Of a stretch of 64,000 nt of DNA, positions 27,644 through 41,942 are shown in pieces (position 1 is the first letter of the stretch; each line of letters opens with the position of its first letter). The translations under genes were made by a program, and so were the position numbers. Location: the NCBI RefSeq assembly GCF_009914755.1, contig NC_060948.1; one strand, written 5' to 3'. The stretch is from the human T2T-CHM13v2.0 reference genome, Homo sapiens. The notes beneath the pieces were generated by a model. That model searched no databases. It had not been told where the DNA came from and saw only the letters and a program-made list of their open reading frames with translations.

Positions 27644-30600
27644 ATGGAATCAAATCAATGGAATCAAATCAAATGGAATGGAAAGGAATTGAATGGAGTA
27701 GATGGGATTGGATGGGATTGGAATGAAATGTACTGGAAAGGACTCGAATTTCATGAAACGGAATGGAATGAATTGGAACGGAATGGACTCGTATGGAATG
27801 GAATGTCATGGGATGGCATCAAATGGAATGGCATCAAATGGAATGGAATCGAATGCAATGGAATGCTATGGAATGGAATGGAATGCATTGGAATGGAATG
27901 TCCTCTAATGGAATGGATTCGAGTGGAATGGAATTGAATATAATGGAGTCGAATGAAATGGAATTGAAAGGAATGGGATCGAATACAATGGAATATACTG
28001 GAATGTAACGTAATGAACTCGAATGTAATTGACTGGAATGGAATGTACATGAATGGAATGTAATCGAATGGAAAGTAATCCAATGGAATAGAATCTAATG
28101 CAATAAAATCGACTCAGATAGAGTAGAATGTAATGGAATGGAGTGCAGTGCAATGGAATGGAATGGAATGGAATGCAATGGAATGGAATGGAATGGAATG
28201 GAATGGAATGGAATGGAACGGAATGGAATGGGATGGAATGGTATGGAATGGATAGTAATGGACTGGAGTGAAATGGACTGGAAAGGAATGGACTCAAATT
28301 GAAAGGGCTCGAAAGGAATGGAGTCAAATGGAATGGTCTGGAATGGAATGAACACGAATGTAATGCAACCCAATAGAATGGAATCGAATGGCATGGAATA
28401 TAAAGAAATGGAATCGAAGAGAATGGAAACAAATGGAATGGAATTGAATGGAATGGGAACGAATGGAGTGAAATTGTATGCAGTAGAAGAGAATAGAATG
28501 GAATGCAAGCGAAAGGAAAGGAATGGATTGGAATGGAATGGAATTCATTGGAATGGAAGGGAATGTAGTGTAATGGACAGGCCTGGAATAAAGTGGAATG
28601 CTACGGTCTCGAATGGAATAAAAATGTATGGAATGGAATGCAATGAAACGGAATCGAATGTCATAGAATGTAATGGAATGCAAAAAAATGGAATCCAAAA
28701 TCATTGACTGGAAAGGCTGGGTGTCGAAAGGAATTGACTCCAATGGAATGGAATCGAATGGAATGGAAGTGAATAGAATCGAACTAAATCGAATGGAATG
28801 GAATTGATAGGAACGGAATGGAAAGGAATGCAATGATTTGGCATGGAATGCAATCGAATGGCATCGAATGGAATGGAATGGAATGCAATGGAATGGAATG
28901 TATTAGAATGTAATGAACTTTAATGGAATGTACTCGAATGGATTCGACTGGAATGGAATGTTCTGGAAGTGAATGGACTCCAATGGAATGGATTCCAAAG
29001 GAATGGAATCGTACGGAATGGAATCTAATGGAATGGAATTAAATGGAAATGAATCAAATTGAATAGCACGGAATTGAATTGAATGGAATCGAATGCAATG
29101 GAATCTAATGAAACGGAAAGGAAAGGAATGGAATGGAATGGAATGGGCTGGAATGGAAAGGAATCGAAACGAATGGAATGGAATCGAACTGAAGAGACTG
29201 GAATGGAATGCACTGGAATGGAAGGGAGTGTAATGGAAGGTTCTCGAAAAAAATGGAATCGAATGGAATGGAATTGAATGGAACGGAATAGATTCGAATG
29301 GAATTGAATGGAATGGAATGGACTAGAGTGAAATGGAATCGAACCACAAGGAATGGACAGGAATAGAATGGTCTCGAATTGAATGGAATCGTATGGAATG
29401 GCATCAAACGGAATGGAATGGACAGCCACGGAATGGAATGCACTCGAATGCAATGGAGTCGAAACTAACGGACTGGAATAGAATGGACTCGACTGGTACG
29501 GACTCCAATGGAATGGAATCGAATGGAAGGGAATCGAACGGAAGGGAATCGAACGGAATGGACTCGAAGGGAAAAGACTGCAATGGAAAGGTCTCGAATG
29601 GAATGGAAATTAATGGAATGGAATGGAGTCGAATGAAATGGAGTCAAAAGGAATGGAATCGAATGGCAAGAAATCGAATGTAATGGAATCGCAAGGAATG
29701 GATGTGAACGGAACGGAATGGAATGGAATCCAAAGGAATGGAATAGAATGGAATGGAATCGAATGGAAAGGACTCGAATGGAAATCACTCGAATAGAATG
29801 CAATTTAATAAAATAGGATCAAATGTAATGGAATGGAATGGAAAGGAATCGAAACGAAAGGAATGGAGACAGATGGAATGGAATGGAACAGAGAGCAATG
29901 GTATAGAATGGAATGGAATCATCTGGAATGGAATTGAATGGAATGGAATAATATGAAATGGAATGGAATGGAATGGAATGGAATGCCCTTGAATTAAATG
30001 GACTGGAATGGAATGGACTCAAACAGAGTGGAATGGAAAGTGTGGAGATAGAATGGAATGAACTCCTTTGGAATGGTCTAGTAGGCAATGCAATCGACTG
30101 GCAGGGAATCAAAAGGAATGTAATCGAATGGATTGGACTGGAATGCAATGGACTCGAATAGATTGGAAACGGAATGCAAAGAATGGAATGGAATAGTATG
30201 GAATGGAATGGAAAGGAATGGAGTGGAACAGACTAGAGTGGAATGGAATGGACTGGAAAGCAATGGACTGGAATGGAACTTTCTTGAATGGACTGGAATC
30301 AAACGGAATGGAATGCAATGCAATCAAATGGCATGGAATAAAATAGAATGAAAGAGAATCAAATGGAATTGAATCGAATGGAATCGAATGGATTGGAAAG
30401 GAATAGAATGGAATGGAATGGAATTGACTCAAATGGAATGGACTAGAATGGAATGGATTCGAATGGAAGGCAAAGGAATGGAATCTATTGGAATGGACTG
30501 TAATGGAATGGAATGGAAGGGATTGGAATGGACTCGAATGGAATGGACTGCAATAGAAAGGATTCGAATGGAATGAAAAAGAATTGAATGGAATAGAACA

Positions 30601-31216
30601 GAATGGAATCAAATCGAATGAAATGGAATGGAATAGAAAGGAATGGAATGAAATGGAATGGAAAGGATTCGAATGGAATGCAATCGAATGGAATGGAATC
30701 GAACGGAATGGAATAAAATGGAAGAAAACTGGCAAGAAATGGAATCGAAATGAATGGAGTGTTATGGAACGGACTCAAAAGGAATTGAATGTAATAGAAT
30801 GGAGTGGAGTGGACTCGAATATAATGGACTGGAATGGAATGAAATCACATGGAATGGGAACGAATGGAATGGAATGGAAAGGAATGGAATCGAATGGAAA
30901 GGAATCGAATGGAAGGGAATGAAATTGAATCAACAGGAATGGAAGGGAATAGAATAGACGGTAATGGAATGGACTCGAATAGAATGGACACGAATGCTCA
31001 AATTGAATGGACTCGTATGGAATGGAAACGAAAGGAATGTCATCGAATGGAATTGAATCGATTGGAATGAAATCGCATAGAATGGAGTGGAATCAAATGG
31101 AATTGAATCGAAAGGAAAGGAAGCGAATGGACTGAAATGAAATGGAATGGAATTGAATGGAAAGTAATGCAATGGAATAGAATGGAACGAAATTTCACGG
31201 AATGGAATCAAACTGA
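27644..31216 (+). repeat. Unit 9, 3573 bp, B' switching to right subfamily near its 3' end
   Basis: B' markers up to ~30230; right-type ctcaaattgaat at ~31005. Confidence 0.9.
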
Positions 31217-34200
31217 ATGGAATCAAATCAATGGAATCAAATCAAATGGAATGGAAAGGAATTGAATGGAGTAGATTGGATTGGATGGGATTGGAATGAA
31301 ATGTACTGGAAAGGACTCGAATTTCATGAAACGGAATGGAATGAATTGGAACGGAATGGACTCGAATGGAATGGAATGTCATGGAATGGCATCAAATGGA
31401 ATGGCATCAAATGGAATGGAATCGAATGCAATGGAATGCTATGGAATGGAATGGAATGCATTGGAATGGAATGTCCTCTAATGGAATGGATTCGAGTGGA
31501 ATGGAATCGAATATAATGGAGTCGAATGAAATGGAATTGAAAGGAATGGGATCGAATACAATGGAATATACTGGAATGTAATGTAATGAACTCGAATGTA
31601 ATTGACTGGAATGGAATGTACATGAATGGAATGTAATCGAATGGAAAGTAATCCAATGGAATAGAATCTAATGCAATAAAATCGACTCAGATAGAGTAGA
31701 ATGTAATGGAATGGAGTGCAGTGCAATGGAATGGAATGGAATGGAATGGAATGGAATGGAATGGAATGGAATGGAATGCAATGGAATGGAATGGAATGGA
31801 ATGGAATGGAATGGGATGGAATGGTATGGAATGGATAGTAATGGACTGGAATGAAATGGATTGGAAAAGAATGGAATCAAATTGAAAGGGCTCGAAAGGA
31901 AAGGAGTCAAATGGAATGGTCTGGAATGGAATGAACACGAATGTAATGCAATCCAATAGAATGGAATCGAATGGCATGGAATATAAAGAAATGGAATCGA
32001 AGAGAATGGAAACAAATGGAATGGAATTGAATGGAATGGAATTGAATGGAATGGGAACGAATGGAGTGAAATTGTATGCAGTAGAAGAGAATAGAATGGA
32101 ATGCAAGCGAAAGGAAAGGAATGGATTGCAATGGAATGGAATTCATTGGAATGGAAGGGAATGTAGTGTAATGGACAGGCCTGCAATAAAGTGGAATGCT
32201 ACGGTCTCGAATGGAATAAAAATGTATGGAATGGAATGCAATGAAACGGAATCGAATGTCATAGAATGTAATGGAATGCAAAAAAATGGAATCCAAAATC
32301 ATTGACTGGAAAGGCTGGGTGTCGAAAGGAATTGACTCCAATGGAATGGAATCGAATGGAATGGAAGTGAATAGAATCGAACTAAATCGAATGGAATGGA
32401 ATTGATAGGAACGGAATGGAAAGGAATGCAATGATTTGGCATGGAATGGAATCGAATGGCATCGAATGGAATGGAATGGAATGCAATGGAATGGAATGTA
32501 TTAGAATGTAATGAACATTAATGGAATGTACTCGAATGGATTCGACTGGAATGGAATGTTCCGGAATGGAATGGACTCCAATGGAATGGATTTGAAAGGA
32601 ATGGAATCGAACGGAATGGAATCTAATGGAATGGAATTAAATGGAAATGAATCAAATTGAATAGCACGGAATTGAATTGAATGGAATCGAATGCAATGGA
32701 ATCTAATGAAACGGAAAGGAAAGGAATGGAATGGAATGGAATGGGCTGGAATGGAAAGGAATCGAAACGAATGGAATGGAATCGAACTGAAGAGACTGGA
32801 ATGGAATGCACTGGAATGGAAGGGAGTGTAATGGAAGGTTCTCGAAAATAATGGAAGCAAATGGAATGGAATTGAATGGAACGGAATAGAGTCGAATGGA
32901 ATTGAATGGAATGGAATGGACTAGAGTGAAATGGAATCGAACCACAAGGAATGGACAGGAATAGAATGGTCTCGAATTGAATGGAATCGTATGGAATGGC
33001 ATCAAACGGAATGGAATGGACAGCCACGGAATGGAATGCACTCGAATGCAATGGAGTCGAAACTAACGGACTGGAATAGAATGGACTCGACTGGTACGGA
33101 CTCCAATGGAATGGAATCGAATGGAAGGGAATCGAACGGAAGGGAATCGAACGGAATGGACTCGAAGGGAAAAGACTGCAATGGAAAGGTCTCGAATGGA
33201 ATGGAAATTAATGGAATGGAATGGAGTCGAATGAAATGGAGTCAAAAGGAATGGAATCGAATGGCAAGAAATCGAATGTAATGGAATCGCAAGGAATGGA
33301 TGTGAACGGAACGGAATGGAATGGAATCCAAAGGAATGGAATAGAATGGAATGGAATCGAATGGAAAGGACTCGAATGGAAATCACTCGAATAGAATGCA
33401 ATTTAATAAAATAGGATCAAATGTAATGGAATGGAATGGAAAGGAATCGAAACGAAAGGAATGGAGACAGATGGAATGGAATGGAACAGAGAGCAATGGT
33501 ATAGAATGGAATGGAATCATCTGGAATGGAATTGAATGGAATGGAATAATATGAAATGGAATGGAATGGAATGGAATGGAATGCCCTTGAATTAAATGGA
33601 CTGGAATGGAATGGACTCAAACAGAGTGGAATGGAAAGTGTGGAGATAGAATGGAATGAACTCCTTTGGAATGGTCTAGTAGGCAATGCAATCGACTGGC
33701 AGGGAATCAAAAGGAATGTAATCGAATGGATTGGACTGGAATGCAATGGACTCGAATAGATTGGAAACGGAATGCAAAGAATGGAATGGAATAGTATGGA
33801 ATGGAATGGAAAGGAATGGAGTGGAACAGACTAGAGTGGAATGGAATGGACTGGAAAGCAATGGACTGGAATGGAACTTTCTTGAATGGACTGGAATCAA
33901 ACGGAATGGAATGCAATGCAATCAAATGGCATGGAATAAAATAGAATGAAAGAGAATCAAATGGAATTGAATCGAATGGAATCGAATGGATTGGAAAGGA
34001 ATAGAATGGAATGGAATGGAATTGACTCAAATGGAATGGACTAGAATGGAATGGATTCGAATGGAAGGCAAAGGAATGGAATCTATTGGAATGGACTGTA
34101 ATGGAATGGAATGGAAGGGATTGGAATGGACTCGAATGGAATGGACTGCAATAGAAAGGATTCGAATGGAATGAAAAAGAATTGAATGGAATAGAACAGA

Positions 34201-34814
34201 ATGGAATCAAATCGAATGAAATGGAATGGAATAGAAAGGAATGGAATGAAATGGAATGGAAAGGATTCGAATGGAATGCAATCGAATGGAATGGAATCGA
34301 ACGGAATGGAATAAAATGGAAGAAAACTGGCAAGAAATGGAATCGAAATGAATGGAGTGTTATGGAACGGACTCAAAAGGAATTGAATGTAATAGAATGG
34401 AGTGGAGTGGACTCGAATATAATGGACTGGAATGGAATGAAATCACATGGAATGGGAACGAATGGAATGGAATGGAAAGGAATGGAATCGAATGGAAAGG
34501 AATCGAATGGAAGGGAATGAAATTGAATCAACAGGAATGGAAGGGAATAGAATAGACGGTAATGGAATGGACTCGAATAGAATGGACACGAATGCTCAAA
34601 TTGAATGGACTCGTATGGAATGGAAACGAAAGGAATGTCATCGAATGGAATTGAATCGATTGGAATGAAATCGCATAGAATGGAGTGGAATCAAATGGAA
34701 TTGAATCGAAAGGAAAGGAAGCGAATGGACTGAAATGAAATGGAATGGAATTGAATGGAAAGTAATGCAATGGAATAGAATGGAACGAAATTTCACGGAA
34801 TGGAATCAAACTGA
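31217..34814 (+). repeat. Unit 10, 3598 bp, chimeric (right-type/divergent 5' part, B' 3' part)
   Basis: agattgg, caatccaat and ggcctgcaat in the 5' half; ctaacgg, tagtaggc and gcaaagaatgg in the 3' half. Confidence 0.9.
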
Positions 34815-37800
34815 ATGGAATCAAATCAATGGAATCAAATCAAATGGAATGGAAAGGAATTGAATGGAGTAGATTGGATTGGATGGGATTGGAATGAAAT
34901 GTACTGGAAAGGACTCGAATTTCATGAAACGGAATGGAATGAATTGGAACGGAATGGACTCGAATGGAATGGAATGTCATGGAATGGCATCAAATGGAAT
35001 GGCATCAAATGGAATGGAATCGAATGCAATGGAATGCTATGGAATGGAATGGAATGCATTGGAATGGAATGTCCTCTAATGGAATGGATTCGAGTGGAAT
35101 GGAATCGAATATAATGGAGTCGAATGAAATGGAATTGAAAGGAATGGGATCGAATACAATGGAATATACTGGAATGTAATGTAATGAACTCGAATGTAAT
35201 TGACTGGAATGGAATGTACATGAATGGAATGTAATCGAATGGAAAGTAATCCAATGGAATAGAATCTAATGCAATAAAATCGACTCAGATAGAGTAGAAT
35301 GTAATGGAATGGAGTGCAGTGCAATGGAATGGAATGGAATGGAATGGAATGGAATGGAATGGAATGGAATGGAATGCAATGGAATGGAATGGAATGGAAT
35401 GGAATGGAATGGGATGGAATGGTATGGAATGGATAGTAATGGACTGGAATGAAATGGATTGGAAAAGAATGGAATCAAATTGAAAGGGCTCGAAAGGAAA
35501 GGAGTCAAATGGAATGGTCTGGAATGGAATGAACACGAATGTAATGCAATCCAATAGAATGGAATCGAATGGCATGGAATATAAAGAAATGGAATCGAAG
35601 AGAATGGAAACAAATGGAATGGAATTGAATGGAATGGAATTGAATGGAATGGGAACGAATGGAGTGAAATTGTATGCAGTAGAAGAGAATAGAATGGAAT
35701 GCAAGCGAAAGGAAAGGAATGGATTGCAATGGAATGGAATTCATTGGAATGGAAGGGAATGTAGTGTAATGGACAGGCCTGCAATAAAGTGGAATGCTAC
35801 GGTCTCGAATGGAATAAAAATGTATGGAATGGAATGCAATGAAACGGAATCGAATGTCATAGAATGTAATGGAATGCAAAAAAATGGAATCCAAAATCAT
35901 TGACTGGAAAGGCTGGGTGTCGAAAGGAATTGACTCCAATGGAATGGAATCGAATGGAATGGAAGTGAATAGAATCGAACTAAATCGAATGGAATGGAAT
36001 TGATAGGAACGGAATGGAAAGGAATGCAATGATTTGGCATGGAATGGAATCGAATGGCATCGAATGGAATGGAATGGAATGCAATGGAATGGAATGTATT
36101 AGAATGTAATGAACATTAATGGAATGTACTCGAATGGATTCGACTGGAATGGAATGTTCCGGAATGGAATGGACTCCAATGGAATGGATTTGAAAGGAAT
36201 GGAATCGAACGGAATGGAATCTAATGGAATGGAATTAAATGGAAATGAATCAAATTGAATAGCACGGAATTGAATTGAATGGAATCGAATGCAATGGAAT
36301 CTAATGAAACGGAAAGGAAAGGAATGGAATGGAATGGAATGGGCTGGAATGGAAAGGAATCGAAACGAATGGAATGGAATCGAACTGAAGAGACTGGAAT
36401 GGAATGCACTGGAATGGAAGGGAGTGTAATGGAAGGTTCTCGAAAATAATGGAAGCAAATGGAATGGAATTGAATGGAACGGAATAGAGTCGAATGGAAT
36501 TGAATGGAATGGAATGGACTAGAGTGAAATGGAATCGAACCACAAGGAATGGACAGGAATAGAATGGTCTCGAATTGAATGGAATCGTATGGAATGGCAT
36601 CAAACGGAATGGAATGGACAGCCACGGAATGGAATGCACTCGAATGCAATGGAGTCGAAACTAATGGACTGGAATAGAATGGACTCGACTGGTACGGACT
36701 CCAATGGAATGGAATCGAATGGAAGGGAATCGAACGGAATGGACTCGAAGGGAAAAGACTGCAATGGAAAGGTCTCGAATGGAATGGAAATTAATGGAAT
36801 GGAATGGAATCGAATGAAATGGAGTCAAAAGGAATGGAATCGAATGGCAAGAAATCGAATGTAATGGAATCGCAAGGAATTGATGTGAACGGAACGGAAT
36901 GGAATGGAATCCAAAGGAATGGAATAGAATGGAATGGAATCGAATGGAAAGGACTCGAATGGAAATCACTCGAATAGAATGCAATTTAATAAAATAGGAT
37001 CAAATGTAATGGAATGGAATGGAAAGGAATCGAAACGAAAGGAATGGAGACAGATGGAATGGAATGGAACAGAGAGCAATGGTATAGAATGGAATGGAAT
37101 CATCTGGAATGGAATTGAATGGAATGGAATAATATGAAATGGAATGGAATGGAATGGAATGGAATGCCCTTGAATTAAATGGACTGGACTCGAACAGAGT
37201 GGAATGGAAAGTGTTGAGATAGAATGGAATGGACTCCTTTGGAATGGTGTAGTATGCAATGCAATCGACTGGCATGGAATCAAAAGGAATGTAATGGAAT
37301 GGATTGGAATGGAATGCAATGGACTCGAATAGATTGGAAACGGAATGCAAAGGAATGGAATGGAATAGTATGGAATTTAATGGAAAGGAATGGAGTGGAA
37401 TAGACTAGAGTGGAATGGAATGGACTGGAAAGCAATGGACTGGAATGGAACTTTCTTGAATGGACTGGAATCAAACGGAATGGAATGCAATGCAATCAAA
37501 TGGCATGGAATAAAATAGAATGAAAGAGAATCAAATGGAATTGAATCGAATGGAATCGAATGGATTGGAAAGGAATAGAATGGAATGGAATGGAATGGAC
37601 TCAAATGGAATGGACTAGAATGGAATGGATTCGAATGGAAGGCAAAGGAATGGAATCTATTGGAATGGACTGTAATGGAATGGAATGGAAGGGATTGGAA
37701 TGGACTCGAATGGAATGGACTGCAATAGAAAGGATTCGAATGGAATGAAAAAGAATTGAATGGAATAGAACAGAATGGAATCAAATCGAATGAAATGGAA

Positions 37801-38388
37801 TGGAATAGAAAGGAATGGAATGAAATGGAATGGAAAGAATTCGAATGGAATGCAATCGAATGGAATGGAGTCGAACGGAATGGAATAAAATGGAAGAAAA
37901 CAGGCAAGAAATGGAATCGAAAGGAATGGAGTGTTATGGAACGGACTCAAAAGGAATTGAATGTAATAGAATGGAGTGGAGTGGACTCGAATATAATGGA
38001 CTGGAATGGAATGAAATCACATGGAATGGGAACGAATGGAATGGAATGGAAAGGAATGGAATCGAATGGAAAGGAATCGAATGGAAGGGAATGAAATTGA
38101 ATCAACAGGAATGGAAGGGAATAGAATAGACGGTAATGGAATGGACTCGAATAGAATGGACACGAATGCTCAAATTGAATGGACTCGAATGGAATGGAAA
38201 CGAAAGGAATGTCATCGAATGGAATTGAATCGATTGGAATGAAATCGCATAGAATGGAGTGGAATCAAATGGAATTGAATCGAAAGGAAAGGAAGCGAAT
38301 GGACTGAAATGAAATGGAATGGAATTGAATGGAAAGTAATGCAATGGAATAGAATGGAACGAAATTTCACGGAATGGAATCAAACTGA
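34815..38388 (+). repeat. Unit 11, 3574 bp, 5' half a copy of unit 10, 3' half right subfamily with private variants
   Basis: Same private markers as unit 10 at +3598; single GGAAGGGAATCGAAC at 36721; 10 bp deletion near 37185; extra GAATTC at 37837-37842. Confidence 0.9.
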
Positions 38389-41300
38389 ATGGAATCAAAT
38401 CAATGGAATCAAATCAAATGGAATGGAAAGGAATTGAATGGAGTAGATTGGATTGGATGGGATTGGAATGAAATGTACTGGAAAGGACTCGAATTTCATG
38501 AAACGGAATGGAATGAATTGGAACGGAATGGACTCGAATGGAATGGAATGTCATGGAATGGCATCAAATGGAATGGCATCAAATGGAATGGAATCGAATG
38601 CAATGGAATGCTATGGAATGGAATGGAATGCATTGGAATGGAATGTCCTCTAATGGAATGGATTCGAGTGGAATGGAATCGAATATAATGGAGTCGAATG
38701 AAATGGAATTGAAAGGAATGGGATCGAATACAATGGAATATACTGGAATGTAATGTAATGAACTCGAATGTAATTGACTGGAATGGAATGTACATGAATG
38801 GAATGTAATCGAATGGAAAGTAATCCAATGGAATAGAATCTAATGCAATAAAATCGACTCAGATAGAGTAGAATGTAATGGAATGGAGTGCAGTGCAATG
38901 GAATGGAATGGAATGGAATGCAATGGAATGGAATGGAATGGAATGGAATGGAATGGGATGGAATGGTATGGAATGGATAGTAATGGACTGGAGTGAAATG
39001 GACTGGAAAGGAATGGACTCAAATTGAAAGGGCTCGAAAGGAATGGAGTCAAATGGAATGGTCTGGAATGGAATGAACACGAATGTAATGCAATCCAATA
39101 GAATGGAATCGAATGGCATGGAATATAAAGAAATGGAATCGAAGAGAATGGAAACAAATGGAATGGAATTGAATGGAATGGAATTGAATGGAATGGGAAC
39201 GAATGGAGTGAAATTGTATGCAGTAGAAGGGAATAGAATGGAATGCAAGCGAAAGGAAAGGAATGGATTGGAATGGAATGGAATTCATTGGAATGGAAGG
39301 GAATGTAGTGTAATGGACAGGCCTGGAATAAAGTGGAATGCTACGGTCTCGAATGGAATAAAAATGTATGGAATGGAATGCAATGAAACGGAATCGAATG
39401 TCATAGAATGTAATGGAATGCAAAAAAATGGAATCCAAAATCATTGACTGGAAAGGCTGGGTGTCGAAAGGATTTGACTCCAATGGAATGGAATCGAATG
39501 GAATGGAAGTGAATAGAATCGAACTAAATCGAATGGAATGGAATTGATAGGAACGGAATGGAAAGGAATGCAATGATTTGGCATGGAATGGAATCGAATG
39601 GCATCGAATGGAATGGAATGGAATGCAATGGAATGGAATGTATTAGAATGTAATGAACTTTAATGGAATGTACTCGAATGGATTCGACTGGAATGGAATG
39701 TTCTGGAAGTGAATGGACTCCAATGGAATGGATTCAAAAGGAATGGAATCGTACGGAATGGAATCTAATGGAATGGAATTAAATGGAAATGAATCAAATT
39801 GAATAGCACGGAATTGAATTGAATGGAATGGAATGCAATGGAATCTAATGAAACGGAAAGGAAAGGAATGGAATGGAATGGAATGGGCTGGAATGGAAAG
39901 GAATCGAAACGAATGGAATGGAATCGAACTGAAGAGACTGGAATGGAATGCACTGGAATGGAAGGGAGTGTAATGGAAGGTTCTCGAAAAAAATGGAATG
40001 GAATGGAATGGAATTGAATGGAACGGAATAGAGTCGAATGGAATTGAATGGAATGGAATGGACTAGAGTGAAATGGAATCGAACCACAAGGAATGGACAG
40101 GAATAGAATGGTCTCGAATTGAATGGAATCGTATGGAATGGCATCAAACGGAATGGAATGGACAGCCACGGAATGGAATGCACTCGAATGCAATGGAGTC
40201 GAAACTAATGGACTGGAATAGAATGGACTCGACTGGTACGGACTCCAATGGAATGGAATCGAATGGAAGGGAATCGAACGGAATGGACTCGAAGGGAAAA
40301 GACTGCAATGGAAAGGTCTCGAATGGAATGGAAATTAATGGAATGGAATGGAATCGAATGAAATGGAGTCAAAAGGAATGGAATCGAATGGCAAGAAATC
40401 GAATGTAATGGAATCGCAAGGAATTGATGTGAACGGAACGGAATGGAATGGAATCCAAAGGAATGGAATAGAATGGAATGGAATCGAATGGAAAGGACTC
40501 GAATGGAAATCACTCGAATAGAATGCAATTTAATAAAATAGGATCAAATGTAATGGAATGGAATGGAAAGGAATCGAAACGAAAGGAATGGAGACAGATG
40601 GAATGGAATGGAACAGAGAGCAATGGTATAGAATGGAATGGAATCATCTGGAAAGGAATTGAATGGAATGGAATAATATGAAATGGAATGGAATGGAATG
40701 GAATGGAATGCCCTTGAATTAAATGGACTGGAATGGAATGGACTCGAACAGAGTGGAATGGAAAGTGTTGAGATAGAATGGAATGGACTCCTTTGGAATG
40801 GTGTAGTATGCAATGCAATCGACTGGCAGGGAATCAAAAGGAATGTAATGGAATGGATTGGACTGGAATGCAATGGACTCGAATAGATTGCAAACGGAAT
40901 GCAAAGGAATGGAATGGAATAGTATGGAATGGAATGGAAAGGAATGGAGTGGAATAGACTAGAGTGGAATGGAATGGACTGGAAAGAAATGGACTGGAAT
41001 GGAACTTTCTTGAATGGACTGGAATCAAACGGAATGGAATGTAATGCAATCAAATGGCATGCAATAAAATAGAATGAAAGAGAATCAAATGGAATTGAAT
41101 CGAATGGAATCGAATGGATTGGAAAGGAATAGAATGGAATGGAATGGAATTGACTCAAATGGAATGGACTAGAATGGAATGGATTCGAATGGAAGGCAAA
41201 GGAATGGAATCTATTGGAATGGACTGTAATGGAATGGAATGGAAGGGATTGGAATGGACTCGAATGGAATGGACTGCAATAGAAAGGATTCGAATGGAAT

Positions 41301-41942
41301 GAAAAAGAATTGAATGGAATAGAACAGAATGGAATCAAATCGAATGAAATGGAATGGAATAGAAAGGAATGGAATGAAATGGAATGGAAAGGATTCGAAT
41401 GGAATGCAATCGAATGGAATGGAGTCGAACGGAATGGAATAAAATGGAAGAAAACTGGCAAGAAATGGAATCGAAATGAATGGAGTGTTATGGAACGGAC
41501 TCAAAAGGAATTGAATGTAATAGAATGGAGTGGAGTGGACTCGAATATAATGGACTGGAATGGAATGAAATCACATGGAATGGGAACGAATGGAATGGAA
41601 TGGAAAGGAATGGAATCGAATGGAAAGGAATCGAATGGAAGGGAATGAAATTGAATCAACAGGAATGGAAGGGAATAGAATAGACGGTAATGGAATGGAC
41701 TCGAATAGAATGGACACGAATGCTCAAATTGAATGGACTCGAATGGAATGGAAACGAAAGGAATGTCATCGAATGGAATTGAATCGATTGGAATGAAATC
41801 GCATAGAATGGAGTGGAATCAAATGGAATTGAATCGAAAGGAAAGGAAGCGAATGGACTGAAATGAAATGGAATGGAATTGAATGGAAAGTAATGCAATG
41901 GAATAGAATGGAACGAAATTTCACGGAATGGAATCAAACTGA
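38389..41942 (+). repeat. Unit 12, 3554 bp, right subfamily
   Basis: agattgg, catggaatggc, gtagaaggg, ctcgaacagag, gtgttgag, ggactcctt. Confidence 0.93.
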
